32,000 nt of DNA from Candidatus Kuenenia stuttgartensis (GCF_900232105.1 NZ_LT934425.1:1830001-1862000); one strand, 5' to 3'. Positions 1 to 10,743 are shown, counted from the first letter of the stretch. The notes: a model not told the origin generated them from the sequence alone. A program made the numbers and translations.

Positions 1-433
1 AGGAGGAAGAATAAAGTTCAGAGGTTGAACCCGCGCCGGTGTTCTCACTGCTTCCAGTACGAATCGCAAAGCCTTCGGCATCTATCGTTGGAAAGCGAGT
101 GCTGCCAATGATGCCCCTTTGGGCTCTGGCTTGGCACAATTGTGCTTCCGCTGTTCTGAGATCAAGGTTGGCAGCTATTGCCCTTTCCACAAAACCACTA
201 AGTACAGGGTCCCCCAGGGATTTCCACCATTGCGAGAGTGTCTCCGGATCGAGTTGTTGCTGGGTCAAACCGCCTTCAAGTTGACCGACCCACGCTTCAG
301 GTGATGCTCTATCAGGTTTTTTATAATCGGGGCCTACCGTGGTGCAACTGGCCAGCAAAGTAAATAATAATAGCCCTGCAAATCGGCACCTGGGTCTGCA
401 CTTGGGTCGACACCTAAATCGATTGTTATTCAT
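1..433 (-). CDS. RND efflux outer membrane lipoprotein, NodT/OprM-like (partial, runs off left edge)
   Basis: Manual reverse-strand translation gives MNNNRFRCRPKCRPRCRFAGLLLFTLLASCTTVGPDYKKPDRASPEAWVGQ...DPETLSQWWKSLGDPVLSGFVERAIAANLDLRTAEAQL; lipobox LLASC, TVGPDYKKP and W-x-x-LGDP typical of NodT-family OMFs. Absent from ORF track because it has no stop in the window. Confidence 0.85.
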   Translation of the reverse strand, partial: MNNNRFRCRPKCRPRCRFAGLLLFTLLASCTTVGPDYKKPDRASPEAWVGQLEGGLTQQQLDPETLSQWWKSLGDPVLSGFVERAIAANLDLRTAEAQLCQARAQRGIIGSTRFPTIDAEGFAIRTGSSENTGAGSTSELYSSS

Positions 434-444
434 AAGGTAATCAA

Positions 445-3400
445 TCATATCGCGTGTTCCGTTGCGGTGGCCGGTGCTGCGTCCTTGTAACGAAACATTA
501 AGCTGTATAAAACAGGCACGAAACCCAGGGTCAGAATAGTACCCATTCCAAGACCGCACATAATGACAATGGCCATGCCATACCAGAACTCGCCACCAAA
601 TAATGCCAACGGTAATAGTCCCGCAATAGTGGTAATGGTGGTCATGATGATGGGCCGTGCACGGGCTAGTGCCGCTATGGTTACGGCTGCATCAACCACC
701 AAACCCTCGTCTCGTGCCTGATCAATTCGATCGATCATGACAATACCATTGTTAACAATAATTCCCGCCAAGCTAAACAGGCCCAACATAGCGGTAAAGT
801 CGAAGAAGGCGCTAAATATCATCAAACCAAAATTGGCACCGATAATAACCAGGGGTATGGTGAGCAGGATAATGGCAGAGCGGCGGAAAGAGTTAAATTG
901 CAACACCAGCAACAGCATAATCAGGAAGAGGGCATGGGGAGCGTAGCCAAATAGCTTACTGTTAGATTCCTGAGCGCCTTTGATTTCACCTTCCAGCTCT
1001 AACGTATAACCGCTTGGCACCTCGATGGCATTCAATCCTTCTTGCATCGCGGCGTAGAGTTCGATCGCCGTTAAACGCGGGTGTTTGCCAGCGATAGTGA
1101 GGGCGCGTTGCTGGTTATAGCGGCGAATCCGGCTGGCCTCGACGACGCCTTTGAAGTCCGCTATTTGTAATAGCGGTACAGGAACACCAGCGTCAGATAA
1201 TATCTCGACGGTTCTCAAGCGATCCAGATTACCGCGATCATCTGACTGCGCACGAATAGTTACCGGTATGACTTTGTCGTCCTCACGATAACTGGTGATC
1301 TGATAGCCATCAAAGGAGGCGGATAAAGTGCGCGCGATCGCTTCGCTTGTTACGCCGGCACGCCTGGCCCGTTCCTGGTCAATATCTACCACCAATTTAA
1401 ACACCGGGTTTTCCCAGTCACTGCGGATTGTTTGAGCACCGGGCACACTGTAAAAGGCGTCTTTCACCTGCGCTCCCAGCGCTCGCAACACATCCGCATT
1501 GGGGCCCCGCACACGTATTTCGACGGAGCCAAGCGCTCCGTGACCGAGAAACAGGATATCCGCTCTGCCATTGGCCTGCGGCAAATCTTGCTTAATAAAC
1601 TCCTCAACACGCTGCATAACCCTGGCTATTTGATCACTGGTTTGAGTGTTAACCACAAGAAAGGCCTTGTTGGGTTGCGCATCATTGGGGCTTAAAGCCA
1701 GAAAAAATCGGGGTCCACCGGAACCCACATAAGTCAAAATACCGGTGACTTCCGGGTTCTTTCCCTTATCGTTCAAATAGGCCGCTAATTTGTGGCTGGC
1801 AATCAGTGTTTCACTGATATCGGCTTCGGCGGGCAAATCAATATAGACAGTAAACTGGTTACGCTCTGACGGCCCCAGCGATCGCTGTTTAACAAACTTA
1901 AAAACCTGACTCGAAGCAAACAGGCAAATAATCATCAAAACAATGAACGCAACCCGCCATTTAAGTAGGATGCCAAGTAGCTGGCGATAGAACTTGTAAA
2001 CTGGAGCCTTATAGGTGTTGGCGCTATTGTTTGTGGAACCGGTATTTTTCGAATTAGTATTTGTCGAGACAGGCAAAAACCAGTAACAAAATGCAGGAAT
2101 GACGGTAATGGCTAATACCCAGGAAGATAGCAGGGCAATGGCTAATACCTGGCCTAATGAACGCAGAAATTCGCCCGTAGTATCATCGATTAATACCAAT
2201 GGAAGAAATGCAATTACGGTGGTAAGGGAGCTGGTAAGCAGCGGGATGGCCAGGATTTTGGGTGTTGCGAGTGCAGCCTCAAGCCGCTCCACTCCATTAT
2301 CCATGCGCTGACGAATATCTTCGGCTATAACGACACCGTTATCCACCAGCAAGCCCAGAGCAACAATGATGGCGGCGATCGATACCCTGTGTAACTCGAT
2401 ATCCCATATGTACATACCTATCAAGGTTGCCATCATGGTCAGAGGCACCATAGTGCCAACAATTAAACCGATACGCCAACCTAGAAACAGCATCACCACG
2501 ACCAATACCACAACCATGGTCTGCAGTAGATTGTTGGTGGCGTCATTCACCGACGCTTCTACCAGATCAGGTTGGAAAATCGCAACGTCCAACTGCATGC
2601 CAACAGGCAACTTGGGCTTAAGGGTGCCTAGCCGGGCATTAACCTGTTTGCCCAGCTCAACCACATTAGAGGCAGTCATCATAGATACGCCCAACACAAT
2701 CGCCGGCTGGTTATTATAGAAAGCCGGGGCTTTGGGAGGATCCACATAGCCCCGCCGGACAGTTGCCAGATCACGCAGATAGACTAATTCGCCGTCATCC
2801 GTTTCAATGGCTAAATTACGAATTTCATCCACTGAGCGAAAGTCACCGGAGGGTTCAATGACCACCGTCTGTCCGGCGGCATTAACCGTTCCGCCGGGCA
2901 ACACAATATTTTGTGCCCGCAATGCGGTCACAATGGCGGTCGGAGTTAACTTAAACTGAGCCATAAAATGTGCATCAAACTCTAACCAGATACGTTCGTC
3001 CTGAACCCCATACAGGTCGACACGCGCTACCAGTGGCAGGCTACTCAAGCTATCTTTAATATCTTTAGCGACCTCGTTGAGTTCGGCCATGGAATAGTCG
3101 GCTCCAGTCAGTGCCAGTGTGACCACCGCAACACGGCCGTAATCGTCATTAACGGTTAGGCCCTGGGTACCCTCTGGCAAGCTATCACGCAGATCATTCA
3201 TCTTATTGCGCAGGTCAGTCCAAATCGTGTCCATATCGTGGTAACGGGCATGGGCTTCTGGCGTAACAATTGATAGGCCCGTCATTGAGACGGACTTAAT
3301 TTTGTCGATTTCAGACAACTCCTTGATTTTGTCTTCAATAGGACTCGTGATGAGCTGTTCTATTCGTTCGGGCGATAAACCTGGAAAAGAGGTGATCACC

Positions 3401-3540
3401 TGTGCGCTGCGCAAGGTGATTTCGGGATCTTCCTGCCGGGGCTGGGAAACGAAAATAGCAAGCCCACCAAGCAAAATCGCGACAATCAACAAGCACGAAA
3501 ACCTGGCATGACTAATCGTGAACCGTGTAAGTTTATCCAT
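445..3540 (-). CDS. RND family efflux pump, inner membrane transporter (AcrB/MdtC-like)
   Basis: 1031 aa; ETQDPEITLRSAQVITSFPGLSPERIEQLITSPIED-like N-terminus, GLLVDNGVVIAEDI, GIIVNNGIVMIDRID, multiple TM segments. Confidence 0.95.
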   Translation of the reverse strand: MDKLTRFTISHARFSCLLIVAILLGGLAIFVSQPRQEDPEITLRSAQVITSFPGLSPERIEQLITSPIEDKIKELSEIDKIKSVSMTGLSIVTPEAHARYHDMDTIWTDLRNKMNDLRDSLPEGTQGLTVNDDYGRVAVVTLALTGADYSMAELNEVAKDIKDSLSSLPLVARVDLYGVQDERIWLEFDAHFMAQFKLTPTAIVTALRAQNIVLPGGTVNAAGQTVVIEPSGDFRSVDEIRNLAIETDDGELVYLRDLATVRRGYVDPPKAPAFYNNQPAIVLGVSMMTASNVVELGKQVNARLGTLKPKLPVGMQLDVAIFQPDLVEASVNDATNNLLQTMVVVLVVVMLFLGWRIGLIVGTMVPLTMMATLIGMYIWDIELHRVSIAAIIVALGLLVDNGVVIAEDIRQRMDNGVERLEAALATPKILAIPLLTSSLTTVIAFLPLVLIDDTTGEFLRSLGQVLAIALLSSWVLAITVIPAFCYWFLPVSTNTNSKNTGSTNNSANTYKAPVYKFYRQLLGILLKWRVAFIVLMIICLFASSQVFKFVKQRSLGPSERNQFTVYIDLPAEADISETLIASHKLAAYLNDKGKNPEVTGILTYVGSGGPRFFLALSPNDAQPNKAFLVVNTQTSDQIARVMQRVEEFIKQDLPQANGRADILFLGHGALGSVEIRVRGPNADVLRALGAQVKDAFYSVPGAQTIRSDWENPVFKLVVDIDQERARRAGVTSEAIARTLSASFDGYQITSYREDDKVIPVTIRAQSDDRGNLDRLRTVEILSDAGVPVPLLQIADFKGVVEASRIRRYNQQRALTIAGKHPRLTAIELYAAMQEGLNAIEVPSGYTLELEGEIKGAQESNSKLFGYAPHALFLIMLLLVLQFNSFRRSAIILLTIPLVIIGANFGLMIFSAFFDFTAMLGLFSLAGIIVNNGIVMIDRIDQARDEGLVVDAAVTIAALARARPIIMTTITTIAGLLPLALFGGEFWYGMAIVIMCGLGMGTILTLGFVPVLYSLMFRYKDAAPATATEHAI

Positions 3541-4690
3541 CCGTTAAACCCTGTTCAGGCGTCCACAGTTCAACCTTCATATTTTCATGCAGAAAGGTGA
3601 CGCCTGCGCTGACAGTCTTCTCACCCGCTTCAAGGCCTTCATAAACTTCCAGTTGATTTCCTCGCAGGTCACCGATGACCACATCCCTGACTTGCAGCCG
3701 GTAGTTATCGTCAATCACAAATACCGGTGCTGTCTTTTGAGGCACCTGCGAACTACTCTCTTTCGCTTGCCTGAGCATGCTAAATTCTATAGCAATCGCT
3801 GCAAGAGGTATCAAATACACGGTACTACCCTCAAGATACTCGTTGAAGTTAAAGGTGACACTGGCTGTCATGCCAGGAAGTAATTTGGTTTGCGATGCGG
3901 ATAATTGGATCTTTACGGGAAAGGCATTACCTGCTCCAACTCGCGAGCCGATTTCACTTACAACGCCAGTTAAGCTTGTGCCCTGGATTGTTGGGAAGGT
4001 GACCTGGACTCGCTGACCATAATCAATATCGCGAATCATCGTTTCAGGGATGCGGACATCGACTTCCAGGGCATCAGAGGATTGCAGTAAAAAGGCACCC
4101 TGACCAACCGTTGTTTCCTGGAAAGGATCAATATTCCGTTCGGCAATCGTGCCTGCAAAGGGTGCGGTTAATTCGGCATTTGAAAGATCGCGCTGCTTGC
4201 GATCAAGGTCACTCTGGGCAGCCTTTAAATTGCCACGTGCCGCTGCGTGATTTGCAGTTGCGGTGTCGACTTCAGCCTGTGACGATGCACGTTTGTTAAA
4301 CAGCGTTACGGTACGGTCATAAATTTGCTTGGTTTCCGTAACCTTTGCCCGCGCGATATTGAGCTGCGCCCGTGCTTGTTCCACGGCGAGTCGTAGCGGT
4401 TCCATATCCAGCACGGCTAATACCTGGCCTTGTAGAACCGTATCTCCTCTGCTGACCAATACCTGCTCTATAGTACCGCTAACACTGAAGCTGAGTACCG
4501 ACGTATCAGCCGCTATCAATTTGCCCGAAATACGCCTGGACTGTCCGGTTGCCTGTTCACCAACCTCAAAGTATTTAACACGCGGTGTCGTCTCAGCCAG
4601 TGGCTTGACGTCTGTTCCGCAGCCTGAGAGAAAAATGATACTGAATAAAATAACCGGTAAGCTGAATTCTATGGAGGGGTTTATTATCAT
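3533..4690 (-). CDS. RND efflux periplasmic adaptor (membrane fusion protein)
   Basis: 385 aa lipoprotein-like N-terminus (FLSGCGTD), biotinyl-lipoyl-like and HlyD motifs (GTIEQVLVSRGDTVLQGQVLAVLD, AELTAPFAGTIAERNIDPFQ); overlaps the pump start by 8 nt. Confidence 0.93.
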   Translation of the reverse strand: MIINPSIEFSLPVILFSIIFLSGCGTDVKPLAETTPRVKYFEVGEQATGQSRRISGKLIAADTSVLSFSVSGTIEQVLVSRGDTVLQGQVLAVLDMEPLRLAVEQARAQLNIARAKVTETKQIYDRTVTLFNKRASSQAEVDTATANHAAARGNLKAAQSDLDRKQRDLSNAELTAPFAGTIAERNIDPFQETTVGQGAFLLQSSDALEVDVRIPETMIRDIDYGQRVQVTFPTIQGTSLTGVVSEIGSRVGAGNAFPVKIQLSASQTKLLPGMTASVTFNFNEYLEGSTVYLIPLAAIAIEFSMLRQAKESSSQVPQKTAPVFVIDDNYRLQVRDVVIGDLRGNQLEVYEGLEAGEKTVSAGVTFLHENMKVELWTPEQGLTDG

Positions 4691-4737
4691 ATTTTTATAG
4701 TCTGGCGGTTAAAATAAGTTATTGGCCTACCCCAACT

Positions 4738-4860
4738 TTATATTAATGCACATTTAAAGGCTCTCTTAATAAAATCCAGCGCATTGATTATTGGCTTATC
4801 GGGTTTTTCTGTCAGTTTCCGGTCATAATAATAAGCTGCAAGTTCGGCCGGCCCCTCCAT
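4738..4860 (-). pseudogene. possible 3' gene remnant, unknown
   Basis: Manual translation MEGPAELAAYYYDRKLTEKPDKPIINALDFIKRAFKCALI*; protein-like composition, no start context, upstream in-frame stop. Confidence 0.25.
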
Positions 4861-5394
4861 GCCAAAGCTGAAGTGTCAGGTCAGGAACCAATACACTTTA
4901 AACGATACTTATAACAAACCAGATATTAACTTGCACCTGTGCGCTAATGCAGCGGCCAGGATTAGCGACAATAGATCTGCCAACGGCTTTCAACAACCGA
5001 TAGATAATGGGAATTTGCTTATTAGATATTTTGTAATGGTAGTGAAAGTATTACCAAAATTCAAATGTTTTTTGGTAATTATCACGGCAACGTCAAAGTC
5101 CCCCTACGAAAGACGCGGATCAAGAATTTGTGCCAAAAGATCCCTTCAATAAGTGTAGAAAGAAGTAAAAAACAATAGAATTTCCATATAAATAGGCAAA
5201 AATGAGCAAAACAAACAAAATGTAACAGGAGTATCCCAGTAGTAATGAGAGAGAGAAATAAAGTGTTTTTTTGTTCTCTACATTACCAGCGGAGCATTTG
5301 AAATGAAAGAAAAGGTATTGCCGCAAAATTTCTGAGTGCCTTTGCAATATTTGGTACATTGAGAAAATGAAAAAGCACAATCACAAGATTCCTC

Positions 5395-5521
5395 GTAACT
5401 ATTCAGCGTAAAACGATACACGGCTCGTTCCAAACCTTGTACTAAACATAGTGAAGTATCAGTTTGGGAAAGAGTTACGCTCTGATCTCCGGTAGTTTAA
5501 TAGATTACGCTGAATAGTTAC
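5395..5521. repeat. 127-bp inverted-repeat (MITE-like) element, copy 1
   Basis: Perfect 17-bp terminal inverted repeat GTAACTATTCAGCGTAA ... TTACGCTGAATAGTTAC; related copies at 18692-18820 and 24330-24377. Confidence 0.85.
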
Positions 5522-5862
5522 AATTTCTTTCATTTTTGTTTAACGCCACTTATGCGCTGCAATCCATTTACCTCTTGATATGAATGGAGAGAAATGTTAT
5601 TTTTTTTGTTACTGAGAAAATGACATACATTTCTCTGGAAATCTCTTCCGCATTGTTATCAGGAAAAGACCTGTTTATACAGGCTAAATCATCGGCTTGT
5701 CATGCATTCAAATTACGTGGAATAGCACTACCGGATATTTTTTATTCCTGCCATGTAAAACCTGTCATTTTTTGACTCTGCAAATAGTGAATGTAATAGT
5801 TGGTGATATATTTTTAAACTTTTTTACTTTTACCCTTAAGTCTGAAATGAAAGGAGAAAAAA

Positions 5863-6294
5863 ATGGCACAGGTAAAACCGGGCGATACCATTCATGTTCA
5901 CTATACTGGTAAATTAAAGGACGGCACGATTTTTGATTCTTCCGTGAACCGTGAACCATTGAAATTTATCGTTGGAGAAGGGCAATTAATTCCTGGTTTT
6001 GAACAAATGGTAGTAGGGATGAATCCCGGCGAATCAAGGACGACAACAATTCCACCAGGCATGGCTTACGGCCCTTATTATAATGAAATGGTATTAAAGG
6101 TGGATAGAAGCCAGGTCCCGGACAACGTAGAACCAAAAGTAGGCCAGCAAATACAAATGCGAAACAATGAAGATGGCAGAGAGGTAATTGCGACAATAAC
6201 GGAGGTCTCTGCGTATAGCGTCACACTGGACGGCAACCATCCTTTAGCAGGGAAAGACCTGACCTTTGATGTTCTTCTTGTAGGAATTCTTTAA
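5863..6294 (+). CDS. FKBP-type peptidyl-prolyl cis-trans isomerase, SlyD-like
   Basis: MAQVKPGDTIHVHYTGKLKDGTIFDSS...EPLKFIVGEGQLIPGFEQMVVGMNPGE; SD aaaggag upstream. Confidence 0.93.
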   Translation: MAQVKPGDTIHVHYTGKLKDGTIFDSSVNREPLKFIVGEGQLIPGFEQMVVGMNPGESRTTTIPPGMAYGPYYNEMVLKVDRSQVPDNVEPKVGQQIQMRNNEDGREVIATITEVSAYSVTLDGNHPLAGKDLTFDVLLVGIL

Positions 6295-6530
6295 ATGTTT
6301 TATCTTATTGTCCCATAAAATACCGTTGAAGAAACGCCTTTTGAACTGAAGAAGCTTGTTTATTTTGTTTAACGTTTGGAACTGCAAATAAACTACAGTT
6401 TTATTGTGTTTGAAGGTACAGCCCTTTATGAATTTAAAAATATATATAATTATGTCCGGCGCCTTGATCTTTGTTTTGGTAGGTTTTATGATATTCTTTG
6501 AATTTTTTGTCAGGGCACACTGACCGATAA

Positions 6531-6926
6531 ATGGTGTATATGCCAAAGAAAAATGTGTGTGAAAAAGTGGTTTTTGTTTTAGGAGTATTATCTTTTTTCC
6601 TATTAAACTCATGTGCCCAAACACCTGCCCCCCGCGATGAAATAAATTTGTTTGCAACTCCTTTTAAATTGAATGCACACTCCGGATCGATAAATAAAGG
6701 TTTCATTGAAGTGCTGGATAAACAAGGCATGCCAATTTCAGGCGCAAAAATTAAAGTATTCAGCACTTCTCCAACGGTAGCCGTGGTAAAACCGGAAGAA
6801 ATTACGACAGACTCTTTGGGCAAAGCCAGTGTATCGATATATGGCATTTCCCCGGGAGGAACGAAAATTATCTTTTCCGCTGAGGGGAGGGATGCTTCGA
6901 TTGACGTTATTTTTTCGGAACATTAA
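6531..6926 (+). CDS. putative lipoprotein with bacterial Ig-like domain
   Basis: Signal peptide/lipobox FFLLNSCAQ; GFIEVLDKQGMPISGAKIKVFSTSPTVAVVKPEEITTDSLGKASVSIYG resembles Big_1-type fold. Confidence 0.65.
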   Translation: MVYMPKKNVCEKVVFVLGVLSFFLLNSCAQTPAPRDEINLFATPFKLNAHSGSINKGFIEVLDKQGMPISGAKIKVFSTSPTVAVVKPEEITTDSLGKASVSIYGISPGGTKIIFSAEGRDASIDVIFSEH

Positions 6927-8025
6927 GGGAATTTGCATTTACTTTTGATGCTGGCATTTTTAACGAACAACCGTCGCCGCCATAGCGAATCATTATAATT
7001 TCAGCCATAATGCTTACTGCTATTTCTTCCGGGGTAACGGCTCCGATATTCAGGCCTATAGGGGCGTGTATTTCTTTGATCTTCTCAGGGGAAACACCTT
7101 CTTTCAAGAGACTTTTGAATATTTCCATCGATTTCCTTTTGCTGCCCAAAAGCCCGATGAAACGGGCTTGCGTTTGCGCGGCGGCAAACAAGGCCAGATC
7201 ATCGTAACGATGCCCGCGTGTGGCTACAACTATATAACTATTCCGGGTAAACGGAATATTCTCAAAGCACTTCCCGTAGTCGGAGACGATACATACTTTT
7301 GCATCAGGAAAATCTTCTTTTTGAACATAATCCTTACGGTCATCCACAATAGAGATGTCAAAGTCCAGCATAGCGGCTATTCGCGAAACCGCCCTGCTTA
7401 CGTGTCCTCCCCCGATTAGGATAAGTGCTGGCCGCGTCTGAAATCCTTCTATGTATATATCTGTTCCGTCACTTGCCTGAAAAAATATTTTCCCCCCGTG
7501 AAGAGCAATATTTCCGGCAACCCCGATTGTTTCCCTTTCAAGTGTTTCATTACCCAGGCTTCCCAGTTTTATGCCGTTTGCCTTAACAAGAAATTTTGCC
7601 CCCGGGACATGTTTCCCCCTTCTATCGTTTACGATTGTTGCAAGGGCAAGAGAGGCATATCCTTCGTAGGCAAGGAGTATTTCTTTTGCAAATGTTTCAA
7701 AGGAGTGTGGTGTTGTCAGTGGGTCAATAAAAAAAGACATAGTTCCTCCGCATACCATGCCGTCTCTTGCGGAGAAGTCCTCGTTCAAATCATACGTGCG
7801 GAGCACAGGCCTGCCATGCTCTTTCAGGAGTTGTTTTGCCTGCGACCATATTTCCCCTTCTATGCACCCGCCGCCGAGAGCGCCAACACCACTGCCATCC
7901 TTGCGGATTAACATTTTTGCTCCGTCTTTTTGCGGGGTAGAACCCTTTGTGCAAACAACAGTAACCAGTACACAGGGTTCTTTTGTTTCTGCTAAGTGAA
8001 GAATTTCTTTAAAAATTTCGTACAT
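6907..8025 (-). CDS. XdhC/CoxF-family protein
   Basis: VLVTVVCTKGSTPQKDGAKMLI, GGGCIEGEIW, CGGTMSFFIDPL, RPALILIGGGHVSRAVSRIAAMLDFDISIVDDR. Confidence 0.9.
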   Translation of the reverse strand: MYEIFKEILHLAETKEPCVLVTVVCTKGSTPQKDGAKMLIRKDGSGVGALGGGCIEGEIWSQAKQLLKEHGRPVLRTYDLNEDFSARDGMVCGGTMSFFIDPLTTPHSFETFAKEILLAYEGYASLALATIVNDRRGKHVPGAKFLVKANGIKLGSLGNETLERETIGVAGNIALHGGKIFFQASDGTDIYIEGFQTRPALILIGGGHVSRAVSRIAAMLDFDISIVDDRKDYVQKEDFPDAKVCIVSDYGKCFENIPFTRNSYIVVATRGHRYDDLALFAAAQTQARFIGLLGSKRKSMEIFKSLLKEGVSPEKIKEIHAPIGLNIGAVTPEEIAVSIMAEIIMIRYGGDGCSLKMPASKVNANSLNVPKK

Positions 8026-8178
8026 GTCGTTAAAAGCGCATAAAGAAAAACCCCGTCGGTAATTATGTGCAGGATGTAAGAATAATTTGATTATACATAG
8101 CTGTTATAATACCATGTATTTGGTTTAATTATAATCATAATAACGCCATTTATTTTACGTGAATGTACTGGAGGCTTT

Positions 8179-9426
8179 ATGACAAAAGCATATTTAATTG
8201 TGGGCAGCGGGCCTGCCGGTATTACCGCAGCGGAGCGCATACGTAATCTGGACAGTGATGCGGAAATTATCGTAATATCTGAAGAAAAGACCCCCATGTT
8301 CTACCGTCCGAGAATTCCGGAATACTCTGTGGGAAAGATAGGCATTGAGGAGATTATGGTGAAAAAAAAGGATTTTTACGTGCAAAAAAAAATCCAACTT
8401 CATTTAGGAACAAGGGCAACAAAACTTGACAAGAAGAAGAGGGTTGTAGAGACATCTGAAAAGAATATCTATGGATATGATAAACTTCTTATTGCTACGG
8501 GAATCTCGCCAATAGAACCTAAATTTCCGGGAAGCCACCTCGAAGGCGTTTTTACTATGCATGATTTGATTCAGGCTGAAAGATTAAAGGTTGCCGTCAG
8601 GGATGCAAAACAGGTTGTTGTGGTTGGCGGAGGTCTTTTGGGCATGGATATGGCAGAAGAATTCAGGACAACAGGATTGCATGTTGTCTTTCTCGTAAGG
8701 AGAAATAGTTTAGGCGATCCCTTTTTTGATGAATATGGCTGCAAATTAATACGTGATGAATTTAAAAATATGGAGGTTGAAGTCATTACCAATGCAGAGG
8801 TTCAGTCACTCGAAGGGACAAACAATCAATTAGCATCGGTACTGTTAACGGACGGAAGAAGATTTGACAGTAATCTTTGTTTTATAGCAATAGGCGCAAC
8901 CCATGCGGTTGACTGGCTAAAAGACAGCGGCTTGAAAATAGAGAATGGCGTTTTGGTTGACAGGTATCTGAGAAGCCATGATGACGATGATGCTGTTTTT
9001 TCAGCCGGTAATGCGGCGCAAATCATGGATCCTGTTTTTGAAAAACATATTGTTCAAACCAATTGGATAAATGCAATAGCGCAAGGCGACATTGCCGGCA
9101 ACAACATGGCGGGAGGAGGGCTGAGGAAATATGAGACAACGTCAAATTATTTCAAGCGGGTAGGGGATCTTTTTTTTAATCTTATTGGAACAGGCAATCT
9201 ACGGATGAAAGGGGGGAAAAGAAATTATTTCAAAGGAAAAACCCCGAAGGAATATGTTATGGTCACGACAAAAGAGGGAAGAGTTGTTGGTGCTGTTGTT
9301 TGCGGCCGACACAAAATCACCGTAAAATTAAAAGACTCAATAGAGAAGCAAAGTGATTTTTCAAATATGGATAAATTAATCGATCAGGAAGAAAAGAGCA
9401 TAGAAGACCTGTCAAAATTGTTTTAA
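8179..9426 (+). CDS. NAD(P)/FAD-dependent pyridine nucleotide-disulfide oxidoreductase (nitrite reductase NirB N-term / rubredoxin reductase-like)
   Basis: GSGPAGITAAERIR, YDKLLIATGISP, VVVVGGGLLGMDMAEEF, VFSAGNAAQ. Confidence 0.88.
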   Translation: MTKAYLIVGSGPAGITAAERIRNLDSDAEIIVISEEKTPMFYRPRIPEYSVGKIGIEEIMVKKKDFYVQKKIQLHLGTRATKLDKKKRVVETSEKNIYGYDKLLIATGISPIEPKFPGSHLEGVFTMHDLIQAERLKVAVRDAKQVVVVGGGLLGMDMAEEFRTTGLHVVFLVRRNSLGDPFFDEYGCKLIRDEFKNMEVEVITNAEVQSLEGTNNQLASVLLTDGRRFDSNLCFIAIGATHAVDWLKDSGLKIENGVLVDRYLRSHDDDDAVFSAGNAAQIMDPVFEKHIVQTNWINAIAQGDIAGNNMAGGGLRKYETTSNYFKRVGDLFFNLIGTGNLRMKGGKRNYFKGKTPKEYVMVTTKEGRVVGAVVCGRHKITVKLKDSIEKQSDFSNMDKLIDQEEKSIEDLSKLF

Positions 9427-9523
9427 CTTCTCAATAAATTGAGGAAAACACTCCCCCCGTCCCCTTTATTAACGGGGAATAAGGTAGAAATTATTATAAA
9501 AACCTCAACTTATTGAGAAGTTA
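9424..9523. repeat. 100-bp inverted-repeat element with 21-bp arms
   Basis: TAACTTCTCAATAAATTGAGG (9424-9444) vs reverse complement of 9503-9523 TAACTTCTCAATAAGTTGAGG, 20/21 identical; arm includes the stop codon of the upstream CDS. Confidence 0.75.
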
Positions 9524-9629
9524 CAGATTATTTTAACAAGATTTCACGCTTGAATATAAATGGAAAAGCGGTAAAATCCAACGTAACACTATTTAATAAT
9601 GATATTTGCAGAATTTGGGAGAATATTGA

Positions 9630-10571
9630 TTGAGAACGCTAATAACAGGAGGTGCCGGATTTATTGGTTCGCATCTTTGTGATTATTTTATAGAAAAAGG
9701 ACATGAAGTTCTCTGTATAGACAATCTTTTGACAGGCAGTCCGGATAATATTTCTCATTTAATTGGAAATAACCGTTTCCGGTTTATAAAACACAATGTA
9801 AGCGACTATATATACGTAGATGGTCGCATCGATAATGTATTGCATTTTGCTTCTCCCGCCAGCCCCTTTGATTATTTAAATTATCCCATACAAACGCTAA
9901 AGGTCGGCTCCCTTGGCACTTTGAACAGTCTGGGGCTGGCAAAGGCAAAAGGGGCGCGATTTCTTCTCGCCTCTACTTCTGAAACATATGGCGACCCCCA
10001 GGTACACCCCCAAAGGGAGGATTATTGGGGACATGTTAATCCGGTAGGTCCCAGGGGCGTATACGATGAGGCGAAACGATTTGCGGAAGCAATGACGATG
10101 GCATACCATCGATATCACAATATGGATACAAAAATAGTCAGAATATTTAATACCTATGGGCCGAAAATGCGCATTAAAGACGGGCGTGCCCTCCCTAACT
10201 TCATGTGCCAGGCAATAAGAGGCGAAGATATTACCGTATATGGAAACGGTTCCCAGACAAGGAGTTTTTGTTTTATATCGGATCTTGTGGAAGGCATTTA
10301 CCGATTGCTGATTTCAGGGGAAAATAATCCTGTAAACATAGGGAACCCTGAAGAAATAACGATTTTGCAACTGGCAGAAATGATACTCTCTCTTACTAAC
10401 AGCAAAAGCAAGATTGTATTTAAGGAACTTCCTGTAGACGATCCGAAAGTCCGGCAGCCGGACATATCCAAAGCCATGAGCCTCTTGCATTGGGAGCCAA
10501 GGGTTTCCAGGGATATTGGTCTGCAAAAGACCTTAAAATATTTCCAGGACACGTTGAACAAAAATAAATAA
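9630..10571 (+). CDS. NAD-dependent epimerase/dehydratase, UDP-glucuronate decarboxylase-like
   Basis: [90 protein letters not shown]. Confidence 0.93.
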   Translation: MRTLITGGAGFIGSHLCDYFIEKGHEVLCIDNLLTGSPDNISHLIGNNRFRFIKHNVSDYIYVDGRIDNVLHFASPASPFDYLNYPIQTLKVGSLGTLNSLGLAKAKGARFLLASTSETYGDPQVHPQREDYWGHVNPVGPRGVYDEAKRFAEAMTMAYHRYHNMDTKIVRIFNTYGPKMRIKDGRALPNFMCQAIRGEDITVYGNGSQTRSFCFISDLVEGIYRLLISGENNPVNIGNPEEITILQLAEMILSLTNSKSKIVFKELPVDDPKVRQPDISKAMSLLHWEPRVSRDIGLQKTLKYFQDTLNKNK

Positions 10572-10743
10572 CAGTAAATTCTATATGCGAATTATCTTCA
10601 TATATGAATCAAGTTTTGGAAGAAATTTCGTGAACCATTGATTGCGCAGATTTTAACAAAGCAATCAGCACTACATTGTTGAGTGATTTTAATCTGTCCT
10701 TATAAATATGAGGCTTGTCCTCACATATCACTGAGGTATTTTT

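Noticed and set aside
737-3511. Several plus-strand ORFs of 60-117 aa opposite the RND pump
   Set aside because: Antisense shadows of a high-confidence 1031-aa coding frame with no RBS or family signal.
5120-5775. Small ORFs (86 aa minus, 63 aa plus) in the 4.7-5.8 kb gap
   Set aside because: Hydrophobic or low-complexity translations from AT-rich DNA; no RBS or family resemblance strong enough to call.
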